Part shown: in pieces, positions 1 through 13,198 of the stretch
Layout: every line of letters begins with the position of its first letter
How positions within the stretch are numbered: position 1 is the stretch's first letter
Source: Eledone cirrhosa
Lineage: Eukaryota
Assembly (NCBI GenBank): GCA_964016885.1
Contig: OZ024741.1
Location: 169,198,001-169,262,000 of the forward strand
DNA: 64,000 nucleotides
Reading direction: 5' to 3'
Notes under the pieces: generated by a model
Seen by the model: the letters and a program-made list of their open reading frames with translations, nothing else
Database searches by the model: none
What the model was told of the DNA's origin: nothing
Made by a program: the position numbers and the translations under genes

Positions 1-189
1 GGAGAACTGGTCAACATCATCAAATGCTTCTGAAGCTGCAGGGTTTTTTTTTAGAGTTTCCCTCTCTTAGAAAGGTGTTGTGACAACTGGGGGCCTTTCA
101 CTCCCAAGTGAAAAATAAAAAGTACTACTTGGATGACCATTGACTCTGCTGAGTTCCTCTGCCCTCAGTTCCTATGCCCGTATACATAC

Positions 190-745
190 ATAATGGTGGT
201 GGCTGCCAACTCGTTTTCGAGTACGGCCACTACTTTATATCCATGTAGGAGAACCCCTACCGTTGCGCTGAACGAGTGTGACTTTTTAGTCCAGCCAGCG
301 ACTTGAAAACTCTGGTACAAACACTACACTTGTGACAATTATTGACACATAGTGCTGGGCCCATGGTTCCATGTGACGACAAGTGCAGAGAGATCTCCAG
401 ATATAAAGCAATGCCTGTGCCGTGAAGTTTTTATAGTGAGCAAAGGCACTGCACAAAGCCAGTCCCACTCTCTTAACCAAGATGATATTTACCAAAAAGA
501 AGAACAAGTCAACATCATTGGATACCATCAGGGTTGCAGGTGTTATATCAGAGTTTTCCTTCTCCTAGAATTCTGCCTTGACAAAGGCTAAGGGGTCATC
601 TCTCCCGGTGATTTTGGATGGCCATTGACTCTTAAGAGCTCCTTTGCCCTTTGACAGGTTTTGTTTTTAGTCCTGCAGGATGTCCAAAGTCACCCTCCTC
701 ACCAAGAAACCTTGGTGGGGTTGCCAGTTTAGTCGCCAACGACTC
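190..745 (-). mobile_element. Short RTE-LINE-derived element with a degenerate C-terminal C2H2 finger, copy 1
   Basis: Near-identical to 23120-23680. Minus strand encodes C..VCTRVFKSLAGLKSH..AQ. Flanked by (TACA)n. Confidence 0.6.
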
Positions 746-1049
746 CGCCATGAGACAGGTTGTACTGGGATACATGTTACCAGTAGCACCAACTGGTGAC
801 CTGACATAAGGTACATACATAATACATACATACATACATATGAATGTGTTGATGATAATCTGAAAATCATGACTAGAGATAAATATTTGGATAGATACAT
901 AAATAAGTACATGCTTTCATAGTGCATACATACACATATTTACATACATATATTCACACCCACATGCATATGCACTGATATATATGTTGTTATTGTTGGA
1001 CCTCCATCATTTCCGATGACAAGTATTTTATCAAACAATAGAACAGCTT

Positions 1050-1316
1050 GCTCCTGAAATTAACTTACAAGTGACTGAACATTCCACAAACACGTGTACC
1101 TTTAATGTAATCCTTAGGGAGATTCAGTATGACATAGTATGATGAGGCTGGACTTTTGAATTACAGGTACAACTTTTTTTTCCAATCGAGTGAACTGGAG
1201 CGAAGTGAAATAAAGTGTCTTGCTCAAGGACACAATGCCCCACTGAGTCAAGGAATTGAACTCACAATTTTACAATCATAATATGAACACCCTCACCACT
1301 AAGCTACATACCTTCA
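1050..1316 (-). mobile_element. Diverged tRNA-CORE-type SINE (older subfamily; relatives near 32150-32335, 45420-45840, 52575-52700, 52850-53025)
   Basis: GTGAAATAAAGTGTCTTGCTCAAGGA core and GAATTGAACTCAC (B-box complement). Confidence 0.6.
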
Positions 1317-1348
1317 TATATATATATATATATATACAGATATACAGA

Positions 1349-1792
1349 CAGTGCTTTATGCGAGCAAGACCTGGAAGAGTACGGCAAAAATAGAGAGATG
1401 GCAAAAATAGAGAGAACGCTTTCCACCAGCGGTGCCTACGAAAGATCCTTTTTGTGTCCTGGCGCAACCGAGTGCGAAACGAGGAGATCCTGCGGAGAGC
1501 CGAGTCGTGGACACTACAGAGAGTGGTCACGGAACGTCAGTGCCATCTGGCAGGCCATATTCTGCGCCTGCCAAATGAACGGCATTCGAAAACAGCGATG
1601 AACTGGACTCCACCTAGCGGTAAATGGAGGCGGGGTTGCCCAAGGATCACCTGGCGATGAACATTCCGGAAGGACCTGATGGCAGCCAACATCACCTAGC
1701 ACGGTCTCAAAAAAGTTGCCGCTGATCGTGACCATTGGCGACAACTTACTGCTCAATACGCCGAATGGCGTGGCAGAATGTAAGAATCTAAG
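1349..1792 (+). mobile_element. RTE-clade LINE 3' fragment
   Basis: FHQRCLRKILFVSWRNRVRNEEILRRA...LAGHILRLPNER...WTP..GKWRRGCPRITW, with frameshifts and stops. TAAGAATCTAAG tail. Confidence 0.8.
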
Positions 1793-1911
1793 ACATGGTT
1801 GAATATGATAGAAAGATAGAAATTTAGAAAAAAATAGAAATAAGTGTAAAAATTACAAGTGTAAAAATTACAAAATAAAACCAAAAGCAAATAGAGAATT
1901 AAGAAGGAATG

Positions 1912-2255
1912 ATGTGGAGGCACATGACTTAGTGGTTAGAGCATTGGCCTTGCAATCGAAAGGTTGTGAGTTCAATTCTCAGACCAGGTGATGTGTTGTT
2001 TCCTTGAGCAAGACACTTTATTTCATATTACTCCAGTTTACTCAGCTGTAGAAATGAGATGATAGGGACTGGGGTCTATATCATTCCACTGCAAAGTGGT
2101 CGTGGAGGTGCCACGGCAAAAAAGCACCCAGCACTCACTGTAAATGAGGTTGGTGTTAGGAAGGGCATCCAGCTGTAGAAATCAAGCCAGAATCAGTTCC
2201 CGTCCCACCCTTGCAAGCAGGGAAAAAGCGGACGTAAAATGAAATGATGATGATG
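1912..2255 (+). mobile_element. tRNA-derived CORE-type SINE with RTE tail (family A)
   Basis: A-box TGACTTAGTGG, B-box GAGTTCAATTC, CCTTGAGCAAGACACTT core, tail CCCACCCTTGCAAGCAGGGAAAAAGCGGACGTAAAATGA followed by (TGA)n. Confidence 0.85.
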
Positions 2256-2799
2256 TAAAAGTGAGGGAAAAGAAACAATGATAGGGAAACCACTTAGATT
2301 GATAAATAGCAGAATGGTGAATAGGATTTACAAAGCATAGGTCAGAGTGTTTTGATGTGTTGATGAACGTCTAAAATTGACTTTGTATATTGATGGATGA
2401 TGTGTAAATTCCCACAAAATACTTTTTCTTTTGTATATTGTTTTTAATTTAATTATTTTTAATTGTTATTCTAAACATCTTTATTTCTATCTTTTATATG
2501 TGTGTGTGTGTCTGTGTGTATGTGTGTGTGTGTGTCTGTTGCTGTGTGTAAAGATCTAACACCAAGTTGTACATACTCTATTACAAGTGACTGCCAAAGA
2601 GGAGAATATGTATATATATATATATATATACATTTATATACATGTACATGTATATAAATGACGACGACGACGATGATGATGATGATGATGATGATATATA
2701 TATATATATACATGCAAAAGGTTCAGTAAGTCCGGAGAAGACTGATGAGAGTACCAATGTCAGCACTTGATGCAGAGCAGAGTGTGTGTATATATATAT

Positions 2800-2990
2800 A
2801 TATAGAAAAGCTTCTACAGGACTAGAACTATTTCATTCGTGAGAAATCATCAGGAAGCGTTTCCTGATGATTTCTCACGAATGAAACAGTTCTAGTCCTG
2901 TAGAAGCTTTTCTATATTAAACATTTATACTCTGCACTGTATTGAGTACTTTACTTACTGTGGTTACCTCCGATTGAACCCAGGATAACT
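2800..2990. ncRNA. Hammerhead-containing short element, family H, as an inverted pair
   Basis: Plus strand: GTTTC-CTGATGA-tTTCtcacGAAt-GAAA-CAG-ttctagtc-CTG-TA^GAAGC (2859-2907), mirrored on the minus strand. Confidence 0.65.
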
Positions 2991-3061
<71 letters not shown>

Positions 3062-3809
3062 ATTTGATTTGCAAGATTTTTTTTATGAAATCATGTGTTG
3101 AAACAAATATTGTTATATTTGGGGAGGGTCATATTGTTATAATATTGCCAGAAATAATAATAGAACACACTCACTGTTTGGTTTGGGTTTGTTTTCGCTT
3201 CTGTGTCTTTTATATCTCCATAGTTAATTTATCTGGCAATCAATGTTTATCATTGATTGACCAACGGTTAAAAATACAGATATAAATATATATATATATA
3301 TATATAGTCTATCAAAGTTCTTTCGTCACACATGTGTGACATCATCAGTGGTACTATTATGTTTCCTCAAACACGAACACACACACCAAACAGGAAACAC
3401 ACACGCAAATGCATGTACAAGCAGAGACAGACAAAAATGAATGAATAAGTAAAAAAATAAAATAAAAATGGCGCAGGCATTACAATACAATGGGAGGAAA
3501 CATAATAGTACCAGTGATGATGTCACAGATGTGATCACTTAAGGCCTGACTGACTTGGCACCCACAGGTTAGACTTCCCTCTTATTCCCTCTCCTTTGTT
3601 CTTCAGGCCAGTAGTCCCCCGCCGCTATGAAGGAATTTAACCATGTACAAGACATCCCAGATCATTGACCATGCCCTGTGACACACAAGAAAAACATCAA
3701 TTTTTAGGATTATTTGCTTTGATATTTCTGCTCTTTTTATTTTGACTGCATGCCCGTGTATGGATTGTACCCCTTGATAAGTTCAGCTAGATTCCCACTG
3801 TTTTAATAC

Positions 3810-3990
3810 TTGTTTCTACGTTAGGCACAAGGCCAGCAATTACCCAGTGCATTACTGGTACTTTATTTTATCGACCCCGTAAGGATGAAAGGCAAAGTTA
3901 ACCTTGGCGGGATTTGAACTCAGAATGGCAAGGGCCGTAACTCTATACGTCAAAGCATGGCGTCCGACCCTCTACCGATACTGCCAATTC
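3810..3990 (-). mobile_element. Nin/Deu-domain SINE (family B)
   Basis: GCCTTTCATCCTTACGGGGTCGATAAAATAAAGTACCAG on the minus strand, with tRNA-like head TGGCAGTATCGGTAGAG...GAGTTCAAATCCC. Confidence 0.8.
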
Positions 3991-5094
3991 ACTGCTGGCT
4001 TAGTTCAGATCTAGCTGTCGAAATGGCCGGAGCTCTGCCATCGTGGTCCTGACTCTTTTCCTATTATCCACTCTACTACTCTAAATATTGAGTACTCTGG
4101 TGTGGTATGGTCCACCTGGTACCTTACCACACTTTCTTTGTTATATATATATCTAATATCTAATATCTATGTTATATATATATGATATCTAATATCTAAC
4201 ACCTTTCGTAACTGTTCTCCTTGTTGTTGTTATTTACTTTCCCAATATATACTACAAAGTTAACAGATGTGATTCTAATGAAGATGGTAGACAATTATCG
4301 TTTAACATTGATTTTCCTCTATATATACATTATGTGCTTACCAGCATACAATGCGACCTTACCTAACCCATTCACATACCCTCTCCACTAGCATTACACA
4401 CCCACCCATCGATGACCAAGGGTTGAGAGAACTCTTCAGTTGTGTCAAAGACATGACAACATTCCAAGACTGGTGCCACAATAAAATGCACTCAGCTCAG
4501 TAGTGTGAAGGAATGTATGTGAGATGCATGACTGTACCCTATTGAATGCACATCTTTGAGGACTTAGTTGGTTGCCTTGTTGGCCGTAATGGTAGTGCAG
4601 AGTCTGCTCACATGACCACAACAACAACAACCATATAACTCATTGAATGCTTTAAATTCATGACATGACACATTTATTTTTAGATGGGAACTGAATTGGA
4701 AATATGTTTTTGGAATAAAAAGTGAATAATGGATGGATAGAAAGAAAGAAGAAAGAATAATAAATAACAAAAGATGCTAGAGATCAGGAATGTTGTCTGC
4801 TTTCGTCAAAATCTAAATTCAATGTCCTCCATCATTTTTACAATATCTGCTGGTGGTAGAGAATTTCAAACTCTATTCAAATATTAAATTTGAATTCAGT
4901 GCAGTGATCTCTTACATTTCATTATTAAATTCTTCCTTTTACTTTTATTAATATTATTTATATATCATCATCACCATCATCATCAGTATCATCATTTTAT
5001 GTTTGCTTTCCATGCTGATGTTGGTTGAACAGGTTCCCATGGTTTGAGATTAGACATGTTGGGGAAATCTTCTGCTCATACATCCCATAGCTGG

Positions 5095-5500
5095 ATGTCC
5101 TTCCTAATATCAACCACCTTACAGAATGAACTGGATGTATTTTATTGTGATACCAGCACTAACACTTTACAGAATGTACTAGGTTTATTTATTGTGGCAC
5201 CAGTACTAATATTTTACAAAATGTACTTGGGGCATTTTAGGGTAGCACCAGCACTACCACTTTACAGAGTGCACAGGATATATTTATTATGATGCTTTAC
5301 AGAGTATACATGGAGTATTTTATTGTGACACCAGCCAAACACTTTATAGAATACACTGGGTTCATTTTATTGTGGCAGCAGCAATAAAAGAGTTATTTAC
5401 TCAACCAGACTGGAGAATCTTCTCAAACCTTATATTGTTTCCATTCCATTACAACATTTTACCATTTTAAAGAGTGTACCAGGTACTCCATTGTGGCACA
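5095..5500. repeat. Degenerate tandem repeat of about 42 bp, roughly 9 units, derived from the SINE internal unit
   Basis: CACTTTACAGA(A/G)TGTACTGGG...TTTTATTGTGGCACCAGCACT repeated after the GCTGGATGTCCTTCCTAA motif. Confidence 0.7.
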
Positions 5501-5677
5501 GGCACTAGAAAAGTTATCAGGAACACATCATGGCCAAAAGATCCACCCACTGGCATCAGCTGGCTAAAGGGACTTCTCTACTTCATGTAGTCTTTAGTCT
5601 CTCAACACACTTGCTTTTAGTGTTGCTGTGCTGACATACAGCAAGTGTGTTGGTGAGCTGACACAGCTGTATGTTTG

Positions 5678-5903
5678 ATCCTTTAGCATTTACATTACAC
5701 TATATATACTATTATATTTTTACAGTAAAGGCTTTACCTCACATAATTATCTCACATAATATTGAATCGATGAGATTTTGATATTATCTATTTTGAGAAC
5801 AATAGTTTAACATAAGTATGAGTGGCCGGTTACAGTTGGTTTGAACTGAGAGAGGAGAGAGAATCATGGCCGGATATGGCCAGTTTAAATGCTAAAGGGT
5901 TAA
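5678..5903. mobile_element. piggyBac-like MITE
   Basis: Terminal inverted repeats CCTTTAGCATTT...AAATGCTAAAGGG-TTAA. Copies at 7986 and 61969. Confidence 0.7.
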
Positions 5904-6297
5904 AATGTTTATATTTATCTAAAAACCTTCCATCATAATTTTATGAAAAAAAATTTGTTATGTCCAAACACCAGCTTAACAGAGAAATTTAATTATATTA
6001 CTAAATCATTCTAAACTCTTGATTATTTTCAAAATGATTTGAAAATCATAAACTGTCTTTCATTGAAAATATGTTGATAAATGGATTACAGTGACATTGG
6101 ATTATCAAATAACTTGACCAAACATTTAAAAGGAAGAACATGATCAAACTCAACATAGCTTGAAAAGCAAGATAAAATTCAGCTGAATTTGATTCCTAAA
6201 GAAACTGAAACTTATACTTTTTAAGCATTTACATTTATTTGATATGTTCTACTAGTTTGCTTTTATTATGCAATGTGAGAAATGTGAACCATAACTA

Positions 6298-6505
6298 TTG
6301 GCAGTATCAGTAGAGCATTGAATACCCTCCTTCATGGCATAGAGTTACGGCCCTTTACATTTTGAGTTCAAATCCTGCCAAGGTTAGCTATGCCTTTCAT
6401 CCTTACAGGGTCAATAAAATAAAGTACCAGTAACACACTGGGGTCGATTTAATTGACTTTCCCCTGCCCACAAAATTGTTGGCCTTGTGCATATAGTAGA
6501 AATCC
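6298..6505 (+). mobile_element. Nin/Deu-domain SINE
   Basis: Family B motifs, diverged. Confidence 0.75.
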
Positions 6506-6577
6506 TTATTAACTCTTAAAATCCTGTAATCATTTAACATAAAATATCTAAAAGCAATTTTGTTAATTTAGATGTTT

Positions 6578-7049
6578 ACTAGCAGAATGGCCCGGTGTTA
6601 CTCGGGATTCTAAACATAGATTGGCATGTTTATCCCTCCTTTCTGAAACAGTACAGAGAAGTACAGAATACGGGATGGTGTCTACATTTTGTGCTTATAA
6701 AAAAAATTTGTCGTAGATTACAAGGGGTTTAACTAAATTGGGTGGCAATGAACGGAAAATAGCGAAGCTAATACGTCAGCAATGAGAACAATATTTGCTC
6801 TGGGGTTCTTATATATTTGATATATATTTATCCTTATTGAGCCTCGTGAAATAAATAGGTTTGTTTATATTTTGTTATTGTGTATGCAAAAATATCTGTA
6901 CACGAATATATAATTATATATATATATATTAAAATAACAGATTAAAGTTTAAGCAAAGAATCGCTGCTTTCACCCTTAACGGGATCTTCTGAAACTAAAT
7001 GAATCAATCTGTGAACGTAACAGTAAATATTTCGAAAAACGTTACACAG

Positions 7050-7080
<31 letters not shown>

Positions 7081-7408
7081 TCATTCATCATCATTTCATT
7101 TTACGTCCGCTTTTTCCCTGCTTGCAAGGGTGGGACGGAAACTGATTCTGGCTGGATGCCCTTCCTAACACCAACCTCATATACAGTGAGTGGTGGGTGC
7201 TTTTTTGCCGTGGCACCTCCACGGCCACTTTGCAGTGGAATGATATGGACCCCAGTCCCTATCATCTCATTTCTACAGCTGAGTAAACTGGAGCAACGTG
7301 AAATAAAGTGTCTTGCTCAAGGAAACAACACATCACCCAGTCTGAGAATTGAACTCACAACCTTTCGATTGCAAGGCCAATGCTCTAACCACTAAGCCAT
7401 GTGCCTCC

Positions 7409-7454
<46 letters not shown>

Positions 7455-7788
7455 TATATATATACATATATACACACACACACAGATAGCGAAGTCAATG
7501 TTTTCATAATGTCGTAATGCAGACAGCCAGACATACAGACAGATATTATAAGGGCACAACGTTATAGCTATGTATCTATCTAAAAAGACAGACTAAGAAA
7601 AAAAGAGAGATCGCTAACCTGCGTCTAATGTGGTCTCTAGGGCATTGAAAATTTGAAATATCTTTTGCTCAAATCACTCACACGAACATAAGTATTACAT
7701 GTGTAAAGTTTGAAAAAAATCGGTTCAGTGGTTCTCGAGTTTTAGGGGAACAGACAGACAGACATTCTCTGTTTTAGATATATAGATA
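6578..7788 (-). mobile_element. Non-autonomous Helitron with nested SINE and other inserts
   Basis: Minus-strand 3' end CTAG preceded by a CCCG..CGGG hairpin at about 6578-6608. 5' end TC(TATA) near 7786. Contains the AAAATCGGTTCAGTGG...(CAGA)n motif typical of such elements. Confidence 0.55.
7077..7410 (-). mobile_element. Family A SINE
   Basis: Reverse complement of 1912-2255. Confidence 0.85.
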
Positions 7789-7985
7789 ATATCTTTACTA
7801 CTTAACAAAGAGTTGTGAAAATTTGCAGTAAAAACTTCATTTTTTAATGCAAAATAGTCAGCATATAGTTTTGTGCTTTTCAAGAATGTTTTGCTAATGG
7901 GGTTTCATGTAGTTTGTTAATTCAAATGTGTATAGTATATTTATTAATGGAAAGATCATTATAAATATATGAAGTATTTGATATT

Positions 7986-8199
7986 TAACCCTTTAGCATT
8001 TACATTACTGTATATATACTATTGTATTTTTGCAGTAAAGGCTTTATCTCACATAATATCAAATCTATGACAGTTTGATATTATTTATTTTAAATACAAT
8101 ACCATAACATCAGTATGAGAGGCCAGTTACAGCTGGATTGAGCAGAAAGAGCTGAGAGAATTCTGGCTGGATACAGACAGTTTAAATGCTAAAGGTTAA
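7986..8199. mobile_element. piggyBac-like MITE
   Basis: TTAA-CCCTTTAGCATTT...AAATGCTAAAGG-TTAA. Confidence 0.75.
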
Positions 8200-8329
8200 T
8201 GTGATGCAGTCAGAGTACTGTTTTATATATATATATATATTATTGAGTTTTATGTGGTACAGGAGATTTAAGAGTTAATATGCATTGTGAAGAATTGCAA
8301 ACAGCAACTATTTTTAAATAATGCAATAT

Positions 8330-8510
8330 TAATTGTTTCTACTTTTGGCACAAGGCCAGCAATTACCCAGTGCATTACTGGTACTTTATTTTATCGACCC
8401 CGTAAGGATGAAAGGCAAAGTCAACCTCGGCGGGATTTGAACTCAGATCGTAAAGGGACGTAACTATGCTGGAAAGCATGGCGTCCGACCCTCTACCGAT
8501 ACTGCCAATA
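8330..8510 (-). mobile_element. Nin/Deu-domain SINE
   Basis: Family B, high identity to 14682-14865. Confidence 0.8.
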
Positions 8511-9439
8511 CTCACCACTTAGTTGCAGATAATCTTTAAAAGACCACAATAGAATATAAATAATTTGCAACAATAAATAGATATTTATCTTGTATTTTAA
8601 AAATCACAATACTAAACTAATATGATCTTGGTGTTGGGTTTTGTTGAATGTGGAATAATGTAAATATAAATGAATATATTTATGGTATGCTTGTGAATAA
8701 CCTACACATATTTTGAATTGAATTATATTTATATGAAATTATGGGTAGATTCCCAGTGGCTATCAGGGGGGGACCACAGTTAAAAATGTATTCAATATGC
8801 TAGTAGAGTATAGGTATCTTTATTTTATAGAGAAATTACATCTATAAGATTAGAACTGTTTCATTCATATGAAATCTTTGTTACACTTAACCCTGTTTGA
8901 CCACTACAATAAAGCACCATCACTTAATCACCCTCTCTTTCTCCTATCATAAAACATTTGTTTATCATTTGTAATATACACCCACCATTACCAACATTTT
9001 ATTACTTTTTCAACAATATACGAATACTTTATCACATTAATCTTATTTTGTTTCTTCATCAATGTTCACCAATGTTTCTTCACCAATGTTCATTTAGGCC
9101 ATTCAACCCTATCTGAGCATCACAACCAAACCTCCAATATTATTCTCACTCAATCACCTTTAATCTTCGTTTTCACTTTCAAATCATCAGAAAATTATAT
9201 CTGCCCTATTTTAATTTACATTTCTTCATTTGTACATACACTCTTACTCCCAGTCCCCCAGACTCTTACCACTCTACTCCCAGTCCCCCAGATCCCTCTC
9301 TTTACATGTATATATACATCATCAACGCACCATAATATTCCGGTTTGACAATCACTGCTGAATGTAAGAAAGTTCCCCAGAAAGATAACATAGACTTAAA
9401 GTTCTCCACAGAAGTTAACAAAGACTTACCAAAATAATA

Positions 9440-9490
<51 letters not shown>

Positions 9491-10029
9491 AATGTCATGG
9501 TGAAGATGAAGAAGAAGAAGAAGAAGAAGAAGAAGAAGAATGAGTAGAAAGAAGAGAAAAGTGGGTATGGAAGGAATAGGTAAAGGAAAAGGGAAGTAAG
9601 AAGAACTAAAAATAAATCTATTTTTTAATAAATATTTTGTTCCCCCCACCACTTGATATATACCCACCTACCTACCCAAGTTATTTTCTATTCATCTCAT
9701 TTATCCTATTCATCATCATTATCATCTTCACCCAAAACTTCACCTCTTTTGCTAATCTTACTAGTTCCTATTATCGACTTTATCATCATCATCATAGCAC
9801 ATAACAGGTCTTCCTTTTTCCTTGACCTTTCTCTTTTCATAACTCCCTTCTTTCCCTCCCCACACACCCATTCCAAAACTCTATTTCCCTTATACCTCCT
9901 TTGAGAATTGAGTCTTCTGTTTATACTGTCTCTGTTATTGAAAATTTAGTCTTGTCTGAGGATCATGTAAGCACTGTGATTATATATATATATATATATC
10001 ATCGCTGTTATGTCCATTAAAAAAATATA

Positions 10030-10743
10030 TATATGTATATATATGTATGTGTGTGTATATATACATGCAAATATATACATATATGTATGTATATATATAT
10101 ATGTGTGTGTGTGTGTAATATATGTATGTATGTGTGTATATATAGACATGCAAATATATACATATATGTAAATATATATGTGTGTGTGTGTGTGTAATAT
10201 ATGTATGTATGTGTGTATATATAGACATGCAAATATATACATATATGTGTATATATATATATGTGTGTGTGTAATATATGTATGTATGTGTGTATATATA
10301 GACATGCAAATATATACATATATGTATATATATATATATGTGTGTGTGTGTAATATATGTATGTATGTGTGTATATATAGACATGCAAATATATACATAT
10401 ATGTATATATATATATATGTGTGTGTGTGTATGTGTAATATATGTATGTATGTGTGTATATATAGACATGCAAATATATACATATATGTATGTATATATA
10501 TATATATGTGTGTGTGTGTGTAATATATGTATGTATGTGTGTATATATAGACATGCAAATATATACATATATGTATGTATGTATATATGTGTGTGTGTGT
10601 GTGTAATATATGTATGTATGTGTGTATATATAGACATGCAAATATATACATATATGTATATATATATATATATGTGTGTGTGTGTATGTGTAATATATGT
10701 ATGTATGTGTGTATATATAGACATGCAAATATATACGTATATG

Positions 10744-10774
<31 letters not shown>

Positions 10775-10984
10775 AATATATGTATGTATGTGTGTATATA
10801 TAGACATGCAAATATATACATATATGTATGTATATATATATGTGTGTGTGTGTGTAATATATGTATGTATGTGTGTATATATAGACATACAAATATATAC
10901 ATATATGTATATATATATGTGTGTGTGTTTGTAATATATGTATGTATGTGTGTATATATAGACATGCAAATATATACGTATATG

Positions 10985-11017
<33 letters not shown>

Positions 11018-11069
11018 AATATATGTATGTATGTGTGTATATATAGACATGCAAATATATACGTATATG

Positions 11070-11104
<35 letters not shown>

Positions 11105-11218
11105 AATATATGTATGTATGTGTGTATATATAGACATGCAAATATATACATATATGTATATATATATGTGTGTGTGTGTGTAATATATGTATGTATGTGT
11201 GTATATATAGACATGCAA

Positions 11219-11272
<54 letters not shown>

Positions 11273-11944
11273 AATATATGTATGTATGTGTGTATATATA
11301 GACATGCAAATATATACATATATGTATATATATATGTGTGTGTGTGTAATATATGTATGTATGTGTGTATATATAGACATGCAAATATATACATATATGT
11401 ATATATATATATATATGTGTGTGTGTGTAATATATGTATGTATGTGTGTATATATAGACATGCAAATATATACATATATGTATATATATATATGTGTGTG
11501 TGTGTAATATATGTATGTATGTGTGTATATATAGACATGCAAATATATACATATATGTATATATATATATATGTGTGTGTGTAATATATGTATGTATGTG
11601 TGTATATATAGACATGCAAATATATACATATATGTATATATATATATGTGTGTGTGTGTAATATATATATGTATGTGTGTATATATAGACATGCAAATAT
11701 ATACATATATGTATATATATATATATGTGTGTGTGTGTGTAATATATGTATATATGTGTGTATATATAGACATGCAAATATATACATATATGTATATATA
11801 TATATGTGTGTGTGTGTAATATATGTATGTATGTGTGTATATATAGACATGCAAATATATACATATATGTATATAGATATATATGTGTGTGTGTGTGTAA
11901 TATATGTATGTATGTGTGTATATATAGACATCCAAATATATACA

Positions 11945-11997
<53 letters not shown>

Positions 11998-12043
11998 AAT
12001 AAATGTATGTATGTGTGTATATATAGACATCCAAATATATACA

Positions 12044-12087
<44 letters not shown>

Positions 12088-12138
12088 CGTGTAATAAATG
12101 TATGTATGTGTGTATATATAGATATGCAAATATATACA

Positions 12139-12187
<49 letters not shown>

Positions 12188-12190
12188 AAT
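10030..12190. repeat. Tandem minisatellite, unit about 62-75 bp, about 33 copies
   Basis: Unit TAGACATGCAAATATATACATATATG(TA)n(TG)nTAATATATGTATGTATGTGTGTATATA. Confidence 0.95.
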
Positions 12191-12287
12191 ATAGGAAAGT
12201 AACACATGAGTTGATATATATAAAAACAAATAGTAGAGAAGAAAAAGATTTTTTCAGTAGAAAATGAAGAGATTCTTTCAGTATAAT

Positions 12288-12688
12288 ATCATCATCATCA
12301 TCATCATCATCATTTTACGTCTGCTTTTCCCTGCTTGCAAGGGTGGGACGGGAACTGATTCTGGCTTGATTTCTACAGCTGGATGCCCTTCCTATCACCA
12401 ACCTCATTTACAGTGAGTGCTGGGTGCTTTTTTGCCGTGGCACCTCCACGACCACTTTACAGTGTGGGCTGAGTGCTTTTTTGCCGTGGCACCTCCACGA
12501 CCACTTTACAGTGGAATGATAGGGACCCCAGTCCCTATCATCTCATTTCTACAGCTGAGTAAACTGGAGCAATGTGAAATAAAGTGTCTTGCTCAAGGAA
12601 ACAACACATCACCCGGTCTGAGAATTGAACTCCCAACCTTTAGATTGCAAGCCCAATGCTCTAACCACTAAGCCATGTGCCTCCACAT
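12288..12688 (-). mobile_element. Family A SINE with duplicated internal unit
   Basis: Matches family A. The GTGCTTTTTTGCCGTGGCACCTCCACGACCACTTTACAGTG unit occurs twice. Confidence 0.85.
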
Positions 12689-12924
12689 ATGAAAACATTT
12701 ATTTATAAAGTGGATATTTCCACATTTAATAATACCGGTTTCAGCATTATATGCTTTTTCAACTGCGGATATGCCTAATGTAGTTATGTTGCATATTTAT
12801 ACGAATAATAAAAAGGGGAAGAAAAATTATTAGTTTTTACATACATATTTAGAGAGGAAAGTTCATATCTCTGTCCGTGTTTGTCCTTCTTATATATATA
12901 TGTGTGTGTAAATATGTGTATATA

Positions 12925-13198
12925 CATCATCATCATCATCACCGTTTTACGTCCATTCTTCCACGCTAACATGGGTTAGACGGCGTGTCTTGTTGTGGGC
13001 AATGCCAGGTCAGGTGACCATGTCTTACTCATAGAGAACTGATTTTGACTTGATTTCTACAGCTGGATGCCCTCCCTAACACCAACCTCATTTACAGTGA
13101 GTGCTGAGTGCTTTTTTTTCATGGCGCCTACACAACTACTTTACAGTGAGTGCTGGGTGCTTTTTTGCCGTGGCACCTCCATGACCACTTTGCAGTGG
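12925..13198 (-). mobile_element. Family A-related SINE, 5'-truncated
   Basis: CTACAGCTGGATGCCCT..CTAACACCAACC motif with a (CAT)n tail. Confidence 0.7.

Noticed and set aside
1912-1990. tRNA gene
   Set aside because: It is the tRNA-derived head of a multi-copy SINE and continues into CORE and LINE-tail sequence.
3065-3200. Hammerhead in the GAAACAAATATTGTTA repeat family (also 31685-31800, 34510, 63395-63460)
   Set aside because: Only a possible GAAA-helix III half is visible and no CUGANGA half was found.
5095-5500. CRISPR-like repeat array
   Set aside because: Eukaryotic context, contiguous degenerate units with no unique spacers, and no cas genes.
6925-7000. Further hammerhead family (copies at 13640-13810 and 39370-39435)
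   Set aside because: The minus strand has CAGAAGA-tCCCgttaaGGGt-GAAA, but the core is non-canonical and I could not pair helix III or stem I. It may be a degenerate member but is not supportable.
9946-12229. ORFs of 675-753 aa on all three minus frames
   Set aside because: They are translations of a TA/TG minisatellite that lacks stop codons on that strand (Y/I/H/T only), not genes.
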